From NCBI GenBank assembly GCA_964457085.1, contig CAYWDM010000001.1, positions 111,690 through 175,689 on the forward strand: DNA of 64,000 nt. The letters run 5' to 3'. Below are positions 1 through 10,640 of the stretch, piece after piece (positions within the stretch are counted from its first letter, which is position 1; every line of letters begins with the position of its first letter). The notes beneath the pieces are model-generated. The model was not told where the DNA came from. It made no database searches and was given only the letters and a program-made list of their open reading frames with translations. The stretch is from an uncultured Pseudomonadales bacterium. GTDB lineage: Bacteria; Patescibacteriota; Microgenomatia; UBA1400; PJMF01. The position numbers and the translations under genes were made by a program.

Positions 1-774
1 CTAGCTCTAGTTCCACTGTGGTGGTGGCGAAACTGGATCTTGCAGTTTCCTAGCGGCATACCCGCTGCTGACTGGCTATTTAATAGTAATGGTATTCGCT
101 GGCGTCCAGCATGGTTTAGATGGCTTGGCTATGAGCGACTCACTAAAATCATGGTTGGCTACACTGGCTTAGTATTACTGGGTGCAAATTTTCTAAATAA
201 AAATACTAAAGAATGGATACTGCTGGGAAGTTGGTGGTTGGGCATCTTCGCCTACTTATCAATCATCGCTACAGGCAACGTGCAACATGATTATTATCAA
301 TCGATTACTATACCCGTGGTTTGTTTAACGTTGGGAAGAGGGGCAGTGGCTCTGTTTGATTTACTGAAAGCAAAATTTGGTCAAAAAACTGCCGCAATCA
401 CAGTCAGCATCATTGTGATCTCCAGTTGGTTTTTTGCTTGGCAGCAAGTCAAAGGTAACTTTAATATTAATCACTGGGAATATGTAGCAGCTGGCAAAGC
501 AGTTGATGCACAGGTGCCAATCGATGCAAAAGTTATTGCACCCGCATTTGGTGACACCATGTTTTTGTTTCAAACCAATCGAACTGGTTGGCCAATTGGG
601 TTTGAGATCGATCAAAAAATCAAGCTTGGTGCCACGCATTATGTGAGTACTAGCTACGATGACGAAGCTCGAATGCTGGAAAAAAACTTCAAAACTGTCC
701 AAAAAAATGAACAGTTTATCCTAATAGATTTAACTCAACCAATCTCTACAGATAGTGCGGAAATGAAACTATGA
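1..774 (+). CDS. GT-39/ArnT-like membrane glycosyltransferase, 5'-truncated by the window edge
   Basis: Frame is open from base 1; multiple TM segments, HDYYQ and FQTNRTGW motifs; first gene of a glycan locus. Confidence 0.6.
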   Translation, partial: LALVPLWWWRNWILQFPSGIPAADWLFNSNGIRWRPAWFRWLGYERLTKIMVGYTGLVLLGANFLNKNTKEWILLGSWWLGIFAYLSIIATGNVQHDYYQSITIPVVCLTLGRGAVALFDLLKAKFGQKTAAITVSIIVISSWFFAWQQVKGNFNINHWEYVAAGKAVDAQVPIDAKVIAPAFGDTMFLFQTNRTGWPIGFEIDQKIKLGATHYVSTSYDDEARMLEKNFKTVQKNEQFILIDLTQPISTDSAEMKL

Positions 775-1970
775 AAATCTTGATGTTGACTCCGTATCTA
801 CCATATCCATTGCTTTCTGGTGGTCAAATTCGTACGTACAATTTACTCAAAAAATTAGCTCACAAACACGACATCACCTTATTTGCACTGATTAAAGATG
901 ATGAAGAACGACAACATATTAGTGAACTAGAAAAATACTGTACCAAAGTGCGAGTGTTTAATCGTTCAAAACATCCCTTTACTTTTCATAATGTTCTTGC
1001 AGCCCTTTTTTCAACCTATCCATTTCTAGTAATTCGCAATTTAGCACCCAAAACAATTGATGCCATTCGGGATGAACTCTCCAGCAACCAATACGACTTA
1101 ATTCATGCAGAGACTTTTTACATGATGCCGCATTTGCCCAATACAACTATTCCAACTATCCTAGTCGAACAAACCATTGAGTACTTAGGATATGAAAGCT
1201 ATGCCAATCGATCTCCGGCCATATTCAGACCATTCCTCAACCTTGATATCAACAAAATCAAGCGATGGGAAAAATATTACTGGGATAAATGCGATAAACT
1301 GATTGTGATGAGTGAAGATGATAAGAAATTCCTTTCTGATAAATTATCCGATCCTAAAAAAATTGAAGTTGTTTCAAATGGGGTAGACAGTGAGTGGTTT
1401 AATCAAAAAGAACGAGAACTGCCATCAGTACCTACCATTCTCTCTGTTGGAACATTCAACTGGTTACCAAACGTAGAAGCCGTTACTTTTCTTGTTAAAA
1501 AGGTCTGGCCATTAATTAAGCAGCAACTCGCAGTTGCACAGCTATTAATTGTTGGCAACAATCCCACTAAACAAGTTTTGAAATACCAAGAAAGTGATTC
1601 ACAAATTACTGTGGCAGGTCGAATTCCAGATATTCGAGATGCCTTTAAAAAATCACACGTCTTAGTTGCCCCAGTATTTAGTGGCAAAGGGACTCGTTAT
1701 AAAATTCTAGAAGCCATGGCTTCCGGCACCCCCGTTGTCGCTACCGACATTGCAGTTGAGGGCTTGGGTGTGGAAAATGGTAAGCATGTGCTGACTTCAA
1801 ATTCTGCTGAAGGTTTGGCAAAGAATGCCATCAAAGTCCTCAATGACAAACAACTTTGGCAGCAACTTTCAACTAATGGCTATTCATTCGTAATGAAGCA
1901 TTATAATTGGGATGTAATCGCAAATAAGTTAGACTCTATTTATCAACATATTGGTACAAAAAACCGATAA
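771..1970 (+). CDS. Glycosyltransferase family 4
   Basis: MKILMLTPYLPYP..SGG N-terminus; KILEAMASGTPVVAT GT-B motif. Confidence 0.9.
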   Translation: MKILMLTPYLPYPLLSGGQIRTYNLLKKLAHKHDITLFALIKDDEERQHISELEKYCTKVRVFNRSKHPFTFHNVLAALFSTYPFLVIRNLAPKTIDAIRDELSSNQYDLIHAETFYMMPHLPNTTIPTILVEQTIEYLGYESYANRSPAIFRPFLNLDINKIKRWEKYYWDKCDKLIVMSEDDKKFLSDKLSDPKKIEVVSNGVDSEWFNQKERELPSVPTILSVGTFNWLPNVEAVTFLVKKVWPLIKQQLAVAQLLIVGNNPTKQVLKYQESDSQITVAGRIPDIRDAFKKSHVLVAPVFSGKGTRYKILEAMASGTPVVATDIAVEGLGVENGKHVLTSNSAEGLAKNAIKVLNDKQLWQQLSTNGYSFVMKHYNWDVIANKLDSIYQHIGTKNR

Positions 1971-2001
1971 ACTACCTCGGTTTACAAAAGGAGCATAGTA
2001 C

Positions 2002-2883
2002 ATGTCAGCTACAAAACCCATGGATCTGAGTATTGTTATTCTCAACTACAATTCACAGTTCTGGCTCAAAAAAACCCTAGATTCACTCAAAAAATACTAT
2101 TTGGATAAAACAAAATTCGCAGTCGAAGTCATTGTCATCGACAATAATAGTACCGACGATTCAGTGAAAATGACCAAACGAGAGTTTAAATGGGCTACGT
2201 TAATCGTCAACCCAACCAACTGTGGATTTGCAGCTGGTAATAACGTCGCACTTAAAGATTCGACAGCCCGATACACCATGTTGCTTAATAATGACATTCA
2301 ATTTACTGAGCAATCCAACCTTGATTTGCTAATTAAGTTCATGGATAAGCATAACGAAACTGCAGTCATTTCACCAAAAGTTGTCCTTACCACCGGACAA
2401 TTAGACATGGCTTGCCACCGTGGAGAACCCACGCCACTTGCCTCACTCTATTACTTCATGAAGCTCGACAAATTGTTTCCGAAAAGTGCCACTTTTGGAC
2501 AGTACCACATGTCCTACAAGGACCTAGATACTCCACATATCATTGATGCTTGTACCGGTGCAGCCATGATTGTTCGCACCAAAGTCATGCACCAAGTTGG
2601 ATTACTAGATGAGCAGTTCTTCATGTATGCCGAAGACTTAGACTGGTGTAAAAGATTTCGCGATGCTGGTCACACTATAGTTTTTTACCCCGAAGTACAG
2701 ATCATTCATCACAAATACAAATCAGGCATCAAAAGCAAATCTAAAACTGTTGCATCAAAAACCAAGAGTTATTTTTACGACACCATGCTGCAGTATTATG
2801 ACAAACACTACCGCCGCCAATATCCAGAACTATATCGAATGTTGCTGAGTGCGTTTTTGTTTATCAAAAAAGAAGGTTTTTAA
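2002..2883 (+). CDS. Glycosyltransferase family 2 (WbbL/rhamnosyltransferase-like)
   Basis: LSIVILNYN, VIDNNSTDDS, GFAAGNN, LLNND, LDEQFFMYAEDLDWC. Confidence 0.9.
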   Translation: MSATKPMDLSIVILNYNSQFWLKKTLDSLKKYYLDKTKFAVEVIVIDNNSTDDSVKMTKREFKWATLIVNPTNCGFAAGNNVALKDSTARYTMLLNNDIQFTEQSNLDLLIKFMDKHNETAVISPKVVLTTGQLDMACHRGEPTPLASLYYFMKLDKLFPKSATFGQYHMSYKDLDTPHIIDACTGAAMIVRTKVMHQVGLLDEQFFMYAEDLDWCKRFRDAGHTIVFYPEVQIIHHKYKSGIKSKSKTVASKTKSYFYDTMLQYYDKHYRRQYPELYRMLLSAFLFIKKEGF

Positions 2884-2888
2884 ATCTC

Positions 2889-4019
2889 ATGTCCCTGACA
2901 TCCGGCTATCGAATTGGCATTGATTGCAGACTGGCGGGAAGTCGTCACGCAGGTATCGGCAGGTATACGGCTAATTTAGTGCGTGAGTTATTACTGACTA
3001 CACCAGATAGCATCACCTGGGTATTATTTTTCTCTGACAAAACCCAGCAAGCTGAAATAGTCGCAATAATTCCCAAAAATGTCGAGGTTGTCATCGCACC
3101 AATACGACACTATTCACTTTCTGAACAGCTGAAAATGCCGGGCATCTTTAAAGCTGCAAAGCTAGATTTGCTGCATGTGCCACATTTTAATATTCCACTC
3201 GCTTACACTGGAAAATTGATCGTCACTATTCATGACTTGTTGTGGCACGAGCAGCGGGGGAGTACTGTTACCACGCTTGCTCCGGCAAAATATTGGTTAA
3301 AGTATTTTTTTTACCATCTAATTGTTTGGAAAGCAGTGCATTCAGCACAAAAAATTCTAGTACCGGCAGCTACAATCGCTGGAACTGTTAGCCGATACTA
3401 TCCTGGTGCAAAACAAAAAATCGTGATAACACCAGAAGGAATTGATCAATCATTCCTTGATACTTTGATTGGAAAAAGACGACAGCCACAGTCAGATGCA
3501 CTTGAACTAGTCTATACAGGGTCACTCTATCCACATAAAAATATCGAGGTAGTTCTACAACTATTGCAACAGTATCCTGATATTCACCTAACTATTGTTG
3601 GTTCAAGATCTGTTTTTCGTGACCAAGTCGAACAACGATGCAAGGAGCTATCTGTACAATACCAAGTGACATTTGCGGGCTATTTACCAGATGAGAAACT
3701 CTGTGATCTATACTCAGTATCGGATGTACTCATTCAACCGTCACTTTCTGAGGGTTTTGGACTTACAGGCTTAGAAGCACTCTCGCAGAACCTGCCAGTC
3801 ATTGTTTCTGATATTCCGATTTTTCGAGAAATTTATCAAAATGCAGCAGTCTTCTTCAATCCGCATGATCCAGTCTCTGTCTATGAGGCACTACTTGAAA
3901 CACTTAAAAAACAAACGGAGCTGTTGCAGAATTCCAAAAAATTATTGCCAAGGTATTCCTGGAAATTGATGGCCAATCAGACTTTGAACACCTACCTGCA
4001 AATACTAGAAAAAAAGTAA
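2889..4019 (+). CDS. Glycosyltransferase family 4 (mannosyltransferase-like)
   Basis: GIGRY, VTIHDL, PSLSEGFGLTGLEA..PVIVSDIP. Confidence 0.9.
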   Translation: MSLTSGYRIGIDCRLAGSRHAGIGRYTANLVRELLLTTPDSITWVLFFSDKTQQAEIVAIIPKNVEVVIAPIRHYSLSEQLKMPGIFKAAKLDLLHVPHFNIPLAYTGKLIVTIHDLLWHEQRGSTVTTLAPAKYWLKYFFYHLIVWKAVHSAQKILVPAATIAGTVSRYYPGAKQKIVITPEGIDQSFLDTLIGKRRQPQSDALELVYTGSLYPHKNIEVVLQLLQQYPDIHLTIVGSRSVFRDQVEQRCKELSVQYQVTFAGYLPDEKLCDLYSVSDVLIQPSLSEGFGLTGLEALSQNLPVIVSDIPIFREIYQNAAVFFNPHDPVSVYEALLETLKKQTELLQNSKKLLPRYSWKLMANQTLNTYLQILEKK

Positions 4020-4040
4020 CTTATTCGCACATTTAGAGTT

Positions 4041-5204
4041 ATGGTGAAAAATCCCTCAGTTGCACTTGTCTATGACCGAGTCAACACCGCTTTCGGTGGT
4101 GCAGAGAGAGTTCTGTTAGCCCTACATCAAGCTTTTCCAGACGCACCCCTATATACTGCTGTAGCTGATAAACGTGCTTCAAGATGGGCAGAAGTCTTTG
4201 AGATACGAACTAGTTGGCTACAACAAGTTCCATTCGCAAGTCGACTCCACCGGCTGCTTGCTTCGCTCATGCCGTTGGCATTTGAATCGTTTGATTTGAG
4301 CAACTTTGACGTCATTATTAGTGTCACCAGTGCTGAGGCAAAAGCAGTTATTACCAGAACAAATCAACTGCATGTTTGTTATTTACTCAGTCCACCAAGA
4401 TATTTGTATCACCAAAGAGATGAATTGGTGAATGCTGCCTGGTGGTCATCCGTACCGGGATTATCACAACTTGGCAAACTTGCTCTGAAATATTTGACTT
4501 GGTGGGATCAGACTGCCATGTCTCGTCCAGATATCGTCATTCCCTTATCAAAAGTTGTTGCCAATAGATTTAAGAAAATTTATGGGCGAACAGCAAACCC
4601 AGTGTTGTATCCACCCATTGAGACAAAGCACCTTACTCCAAAAATCACTCAGCAAAAACTAAAACAATTTGCAGACACGCATCCTCACTTTCTGTTACTG
4701 ATTGCACGACTTGTTACCTACAAGCGTGTTGATTTAGCAATTGCTGCTGCCAAAAAATGTAATGTGCCATTAATCATCGTCGGCGATGGTCCAGATTTCA
4801 TCCAACTCAGTTCTCAAACTGGGGTCACAACCTTGTTGATTCCAAAAGTCTCGGAATCTGAACTGGCATGGTTATACTCTAACTGTACAATGGTGCTTAT
4901 TCCTGGAGTCGAAGATTTTGGCCTCACTGCACTTGAGGCAAATGCCTATGGTAAACCAGCGGTAATTAACAAAAATGCTGGTGCCAGTGAAGTAATTGAT
5001 GATGGAATCCATGGAGTACATGTCCAAAAAACTACTCTTGAAAGTCTGGTAACTGCTATTTTAAGCTGCCAAAAACTAGCCTTCTCACCAACCGTGCTTC
5101 GCCAAAACGCTAGTAAATATGATACAAGTATCTTTGTGACTGAATTCAAATCTATGGTTAAAATCGAGTGGGGAAAACAACAATCACGTATAATTCACAG
5201 TTAG
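4041..5204 (+). CDS. Glycosyltransferase family 4 (WbaZ-like)
   Basis: GGAERVL, MPLAFESFDLS, RLVTYKRVDLAI, EDFGLTALEANAYGKP. Confidence 0.88.
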   Translation: MVKNPSVALVYDRVNTAFGGAERVLLALHQAFPDAPLYTAVADKRASRWAEVFEIRTSWLQQVPFASRLHRLLASLMPLAFESFDLSNFDVIISVTSAEAKAVITRTNQLHVCYLLSPPRYLYHQRDELVNAAWWSSVPGLSQLGKLALKYLTWWDQTAMSRPDIVIPLSKVVANRFKKIYGRTANPVLYPPIETKHLTPKITQQKLKQFADTHPHFLLLIARLVTYKRVDLAIAAAKKCNVPLIIVGDGPDFIQLSSQTGVTTLLIPKVSESELAWLYSNCTMVLIPGVEDFGLTALEANAYGKPAVINKNAGASEVIDDGIHGVHVQKTTLESLVTAILSCQKLAFSPTVLRQNASKYDTSIFVTEFKSMVKIEWGKQQSRIIHS

Positions 5205-5217
5205 GCAAGGAGTTTTT

Positions 5218-6318
5218 ATGGCAACAGAGCACAGATATGCAGTGATTTTGGCTGGGGGTGGCGGCACAAGACTTTGGCCAAAATCCCGCAACCAAACACC
5301 AAAACAATTTTTAAACCTTTTCGGCAACCAAACTATGATTCAGGTGGCTGCAGAACGCGTCACTAAATTAGTGCCTTGGAAGAATGTGATTGTGGTGACT
5401 AACAGACTCTATTTAGATGATGTTCGAGATCAGTTACCTCAGGTTTTAAGTGAAAACATTATTGCGGAGCCAGAGAAGCGAGACACTGCAATGGCGATGC
5501 TGGTGGGAGCACTCTACGTCAAGAGTAAAGATCCCGATGCCATCATCATGAACGCTGCATCAGATCATGTAATCGCAGATGACAAGGAGTTTAGTCGGGT
5601 AATGACCGCAGCTGTCGAAGTGGCAGCGACAGATCACAAACTGGTAACAGTCGGTATCACTCCTACTTTCCCACATCCCGGTCTCGGATACATTAAAATT
5701 GGCCAAGATTTACGCAAGATTGGTCAAGGATTATCCCTTTTCAAGGTTGATAGCTTCACCGAAAAACCAAATCTACCAACTGCAAGAGCTTTTATCTCCA
5801 CAGGTAGATATTTTTGGAATGCCAATATGTATGTCTGGGGTGCTGAGGATCTCCAAGCTGCATTTGCTCGATATATGCCCAGCATGTTCGAGCTAACCAA
5901 ACATCTGCCAGACCTTGATTCCAAGGCATTTCACAAAGCTCTCCCTGCTGTCTATGCCAAAGCAGAGAGTATTTCCATTGACTACGCCATTAGTGAGAAA
6001 GCCGACAATCTGGTGTTGATTCCTGGAGATTTTGGCTGGAATGATGTAGGTGATTGGAAAGTAGTTTACGATCTGAGTAAAAAAGACTTAGCGAATAACG
6101 TGATCGTCGGCGATAAAGAAAAAGTTAAGACTCTGGCAATTAGCTCTCAAAACAACTTCATTCATGCTGATGGTAGATTAATTGCATTATTTGGCGTTAG
6201 TGACATGATTATTGTTGATACAGAAGAAATCCTGATGATCTGTCCCAAGTCTTCAAGTCAAGACGTTAAGAAAATCGTCGAGCGACTGAAAGAAGAAAAT
6301 AAAAAAGAATATCTATAA
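5218..6318 (+). CDS. manC: Mannose-1-phosphate guanylyltransferase
   Basis: ILAGGGGTRLWPKSR..PKQFL, EP..RDTA, SDH, FTEKP, SIDYAISEK, WNDVGDW. Confidence 0.93.
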   Translation: MATEHRYAVILAGGGGTRLWPKSRNQTPKQFLNLFGNQTMIQVAAERVTKLVPWKNVIVVTNRLYLDDVRDQLPQVLSENIIAEPEKRDTAMAMLVGALYVKSKDPDAIIMNAASDHVIADDKEFSRVMTAAVEVAATDHKLVTVGITPTFPHPGLGYIKIGQDLRKIGQGLSLFKVDSFTEKPNLPTARAFISTGRYFWNANMYVWGAEDLQAAFARYMPSMFELTKHLPDLDSKAFHKALPAVYAKAESISIDYAISEKADNLVLIPGDFGWNDVGDWKVVYDLSKKDLANNVIVGDKEKVKTLAISSQNNFIHADGRLIALFGVSDMIIVDTEEILMICPKSSSQDVKKIVERLKEENKKEYL

Positions 6319-6323
6319 ATCAA

Positions 6324-6950
6324 ATGCCATACGAAACCGAAAAACGACTGCTCGACATCACCGTATCATTGGCTCTGATTGTGGCTTTCATGCCAATCTG
6401 GATCTTTGCTCCAATCCTGATTTATCTTGACTCAGGCTGGCCAATTATGTTCATGCACAAACGCATGGGTAAGGGAGGCAAAGAGTTTCACCTCTACAAG
6501 TTTCGTTCCATGGTGCACAACGCCGATGAGATTTTGCATAAAAAAAACCCCGAGTTATTGGCAAAATTCAAAAAAGGCGACTGGAAAATCGAGGCCAAAG
6601 AAGATCCTAGAATCACCAAACTTGGGAGAATTCTCAGATCACTCACAATCGATGAGTTTCCTCAAATCTACAATGTGTTGCGCGGTGAAATGAGTATGGT
6701 TGGTCCTCGTGCTTACCTCAAAGCAGAGCTTGAAGAGCAAACCAAGAAATATCCCATCACCAAAAAGTTTGTCAAAGAAATTCTATCTGTTAAACCAGGA
6801 ATTACCGGTCCCTGGCAAACGAGTGGCCGTAACGAGATACCATTTGCACAACGAGCTGAAATCGACGCACATTATGCAAGAACCAGATCAATCAAAAATG
6901 ATCTCTTGATCTTACTGCGTACTCCAAAAGCCATGATTTCTAAGTGGTAA
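6324..6950 (+). CDS. Priming sugar (phosphoglycosyl) transferase, WcaJ/WbaP C-terminal type
   Basis: KRLLD, YKFRSM, DPRITKLG..LR..IDEFPQ..NVLRGEMSMVGPR, KPGITG. Confidence 0.92.
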   Translation: MPYETEKRLLDITVSLALIVAFMPIWIFAPILIYLDSGWPIMFMHKRMGKGGKEFHLYKFRSMVHNADEILHKKNPELLAKFKKGDWKIEAKEDPRITKLGRILRSLTIDEFPQIYNVLRGEMSMVGPRAYLKAELEEQTKKYPITKKFVKEILSVKPGITGPWQTSGRNEIPFAQRAEIDAHYARTRSIKNDLLILLRTPKAMISKW

Positions 6951-6998
6951 ACTTTGTTGGTGTGCTCACACCAATGATTTTGCTATACTGGTAGAACT

Positions 6999-9035
6999 AT
7001 GTCATTAGAACCAGTACAACAACTCGACCAAGAAAACTCATTACTGCCCACAGCTCAGGTTAAAAGACTTGATATTGATGATCTTGGCACCACTTCTGAC
7101 GACGAAACGCTCACACAGTTTACTCAATCAGCAGCAATCAAAACCTCTATGTCACGCAAATCATCATTTAAACCTTGGATGAAAGTATTGTTAGTCATCT
7201 GTATTATTTTGTTGGCAGTTGCTGGTGGTGTAGCTATTGTTGGCTTCAAAGCCTCACAAGTGGCCATCAAATTGCGATCACAGAGCGAAGATGCAAAAAT
7301 ACTTGGTAATTCCGCATATACAGCTTTCAAAGCTCAAAACCTTCCTGAAGCAGAAACAAAGCTCAAAGAGGTTAAAACCAAAGTCGATGAAATGGAAACT
7401 ACCTATCAGGAACTTGCTGTTTACGGCAAAATGCCCCTATTCAGTGGATATTTCCAAGATGGCGAGCATGCTTTCAAAGCTGCTAAGGCATCATTAAATG
7501 GTGGTGAAAAAGCACTAGCTGCAATTACTCCATACGCTGATGTTTTAGGGTTTAAGGGTGAAGGTACTTTCACTGGGGGTACTGCTGAAAATCGCATTAA
7601 AATGTTGATCGAGACGCTTGACAAAGTAATGCCGGTTTTTGACGAGATCAACACTGAATTTAAGATTGCCGAACAAGAATTGGCAGCCATTGACTCGAAT
7701 CGTTATCCCGAGCAATTTAAAGACATGAAAATCCGTTCACAAATTGTTGATGCTCAAAACATGGCTAAGACAACCATCGCCACTCTTGAAGAGTTCCGTC
7801 CTGTTTTGGCACAACTACCAGATATCGCTGGTGGCAAAGGTCAACGCAAAAAATATTTGATCTTATTTCAAAACGACAATGAACTCCGCCCAACTGGTGG
7901 TTTCTTAACTGCTTATGCAGTCGTTTACATAGAAAATGGCAAAGTTACTCCAGAAAAATCAGATGACATCTACGAACTAGATAAGAAATTTACCAAAAAA
8001 ATTCCTATCCCTGAAAAGTTAGGCAAATACCTGGTTACTGAGAAACTCTTTCACATGCGTGACATGAACACTTCACCAGATTTCAAAACTTCGATGGATC
8101 TCTTCTACTCACATTACAAAACCATCAAGACAGAGCCTGACAATATCGACGGCATCATTGCCATTGACACACAAATGCTGACCGATTTAGTTTCGATCCT
8201 TGGTCCAGTTGAAATTGCAGGTTATGGAACTTTTAGTGCTGAAAACGACAAACACTGTGACTGTCCACAAATTGTCTATGCACTCTCAGAAATCATTACT
8301 CGACCAACCCCATACCTAAGAGTAGACCGTAAAGGCATTCTTGGGCCCATGATGCAATCGATTTTAGCCAAGACCTATGGTGCTAACAAACAAGTCTGGC
8401 CAAAACTTTTTGAAACAGCTTGGAAAGGCGTTGAGGGACGTCATATTCAAATGTATTTCATGGATGAAAAAGCCCAAGCTGCTGCAGAAGCAGTGAATGG
8501 AGCAGGCAGAATGATTGCCCCAACCAACGGTGAGGATTTCCTAGCTATCGTTAATGCCAACCTTGGGGGTGCCAAATCAAATCTGTTTATCAATTACGAC
8601 CTCAAACAGACAGTTTCTGCACCAGAAAATGGTCAAATCACCAAAACTATCGAGATTACCTATAAAAACTCTCGAAAAGGTGATAACTGCAATCTCGAAG
8701 CTGGCTTGCTCTGTTTGAATGCACGTCTAAATGACTGGACTCGAATTTATGTTCCAGCTGGTTCGAAACTGGTCGAAGGTAAAGGTTTCATCAAAGAGCT
8801 CACTCAATATGATGAGGCTGGATTCACCGTCTTCGATGGAAACTTCAACCTTGAGCCAATGAGTTCTGCCAAATTAGTTGTAACGTACACAGTGCCATAC
8901 TCTGACGCGACAACTTATAAAACAACCGTGTGGAAACAGGGCGGCATCAGTCCATTCAATAGTATGTTTGATGTGGCTGGTGGCGAAGAGCAGGTGTTAG
9001 TTGATAAAGACACTGCCTTCCAAACCAAGTTCTAG
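6999..9035 (+). CDS. DUF4012 domain membrane-anchored protein
   Basis: Single TM, helical stalk, YLILFQNDNELRPTGGF, RDMNTSPDF, DGIIAID motifs. Confidence 0.8.
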   Translation: MSLEPVQQLDQENSLLPTAQVKRLDIDDLGTTSDDETLTQFTQSAAIKTSMSRKSSFKPWMKVLLVICIILLAVAGGVAIVGFKASQVAIKLRSQSEDAKILGNSAYTAFKAQNLPEAETKLKEVKTKVDEMETTYQELAVYGKMPLFSGYFQDGEHAFKAAKASLNGGEKALAAITPYADVLGFKGEGTFTGGTAENRIKMLIETLDKVMPVFDEINTEFKIAEQELAAIDSNRYPEQFKDMKIRSQIVDAQNMAKTTIATLEEFRPVLAQLPDIAGGKGQRKKYLILFQNDNELRPTGGFLTAYAVVYIENGKVTPEKSDDIYELDKKFTKKIPIPEKLGKYLVTEKLFHMRDMNTSPDFKTSMDLFYSHYKTIKTEPDNIDGIIAIDTQMLTDLVSILGPVEIAGYGTFSAENDKHCDCPQIVYALSEIITRPTPYLRVDRKGILGPMMQSILAKTYGANKQVWPKLFETAWKGVEGRHIQMYFMDEKAQAAAEAVNGAGRMIAPTNGEDFLAIVNANLGGAKSNLFINYDLKQTVSAPENGQITKTIEITYKNSRKGDNCNLEAGLLCLNARLNDWTRIYVPAGSKLVEGKGFIKELTQYDEAGFTVFDGNFNLEPMSSAKLVVTYTVPYSDATTYKTTVWKQGGISPFNSMFDVAGGEEQVLVDKDTAFQTKF

Positions 9036-9037
9036 AC

Positions 9038-9583
9038 ATGGGCAAACGATCAGGCTTTACAGTCACAGGGTTGATACTCAAACGAACGAGTGTCGGCGAA
9101 GCTGACCGCATTGTGACTCTTTTCACTCCAGATCAAGGCAAAGTAGTTTGTGTGGCCAAAGGTGCTCGTAAGCTAACTTCCTCTCAGCGAGGCTCTCTGG
9201 AACCAGGCAACCTTGTGAAAGCGATGATCATCCCCACTCAATCTCTCTGGCTGCTCACTCAAACGACATTGATTTCTGATTTGGGGGATTGTTGGAAAGA
9301 TTTGGCTCAATTGCGTCGAGTAAGCCAAATTCTTGAGATAACTGACAAACTGGTTGCGGAAGCCGATCCAGATCCAGAACTGTTTATTTTGGTTAGCCAA
9401 TTACTCACTAGAATCATCAAGCGAACTGCAAGTGATATCGTGGTGCGGGATCAATTAGACTCAATCATTCAGCATCTGGGTTTCCCAACTCTAGCCGAGT
9501 CTCAACACCAATCAATTTCTGATTATGTTAGTGAGCTAACTGATCGTGAAATTAAAAGTTTTAAATATCTTAAAGTTGAGTGA
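9038..9583 (+). CDS. recO: DNA repair protein RecO (short form)
   Basis: GLILKR..GEADRIVTLFT...GKV..VAKGARK OB-fold N-terminus. Confidence 0.88.
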   Translation: MGKRSGFTVTGLILKRTSVGEADRIVTLFTPDQGKVVCVAKGARKLTSSQRGSLEPGNLVKAMIIPTQSLWLLTQTTLISDLGDCWKDLAQLRRVSQILEITDKLVAEADPDPELFILVSQLLTRIIKRTASDIVVRDQLDSIIQHLGFPTLAESQHQSISDYVSELTDREIKSFKYLKVE

Positions 9584-9641
9584 TTTTAGGCATATAATTG
9601 CTTTGTTCTAATGCCCTGAATTCGGCATTGATCAAAAAAAT

Positions 9642-10634
9642 ATGCCTCAAGATCCAATCAATCTTCAGTACACTACTATCAAGTCACCACTCCCTGATTT
9701 CATTTACGATGGGTTGAAACAATTTTCTGCAACAGCTAACGCCTATCAGCCACAACCGAAGATCCTAATTGATAAGCTCGCTGCCAAACACCACTTGCCT
9801 AGTGAACTGTTTTTCTTGACTGCCGGCATTGATGAAGCCATTCAAATGTTAATTCTGACGTACAGCAAGAATACCTTTGTATTTACCCCAACATACATTG
9901 TCTATGCTGATGTCGAGGTTTTTGGCGGCAAACTAACTCGCCTTCCTTCGATTATCGACTCCACATTTACCATTGATCCTCAACACATCCCCGGTGCTTC
10001 ATTAATTTTTCTTGCAAATCCAAACAATCCTTCTGGATTTACTGAAAAGTCTGTTGTAATGGAGTTAATTAAAAATAACCCCCAAGCAATTGTAGTCATC
10101 GATGAGGCTTATGGTGAGTTTGCAGAACTCTCAGTTATTGATGAAGTTCCAAAATATCCAAACTTAGTGGTGATGCGCAGTTTTTCTAAAGCATATAGCA
10201 TGGCTGGTAATCGAGTTGGTTATATCGTCGCAGCTCCGAATATCATTGCTGCCTGTCGCAATAAAGTGCAGTGGTCAAACATCTCGTACCTTTCGATAGG
10301 TGCAGCAGTGGTAGCACTCAACCATGAGAACTATTTTTTGGATCTGAGACAAAAAATTGGCCAGAGTAGGGATGAACTCCGTGAATTTTTAGTTGCCCAA
10401 GGTTTTAGTGTCCTGCCCTCAAAAATTAATGCTCTACTATTGCGGTTCTCATCTGAGACAGCTGGAACTGAGTTTGCTGAGTTCTTAACTGCTGAAGGTT
10501 TTATCATCAGCCATGGCAACGGGAATAGTAATATTGGTCTGGATAAATCGTTTGTCAGAATTGCGATTGGTACAGATGAACAGCTGGCAAAATTGCGTCA
10601 ATCCATTCTAAAATTCCACAGCGTGTTACAATAA
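9642..10634 (+). CDS. PLP-dependent class I/II aminotransferase (HisC-like)
   Basis: NPNNPSG, VIDEAY, RSFSKAYSMAGNRVGY. Confidence 0.8.
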   Translation: MPQDPINLQYTTIKSPLPDFIYDGLKQFSATANAYQPQPKILIDKLAAKHHLPSELFFLTAGIDEAIQMLILTYSKNTFVFTPTYIVYADVEVFGGKLTRLPSIIDSTFTIDPQHIPGASLIFLANPNNPSGFTEKSVVMELIKNNPQAIVVIDEAYGEFAELSVIDEVPKYPNLVVMRSFSKAYSMAGNRVGYIVAAPNIIAACRNKVQWSNISYLSIGAAVVALNHENYFLDLRQKIGQSRDELREFLVAQGFSVLPSKINALLLRFSSETAGTEFAEFLTAEGFIISHGNGNSNIGLDKSFVRIAIGTDEQLAKLRQSILKFHSVLQ

Positions 10635-10640
10635 ACACAG

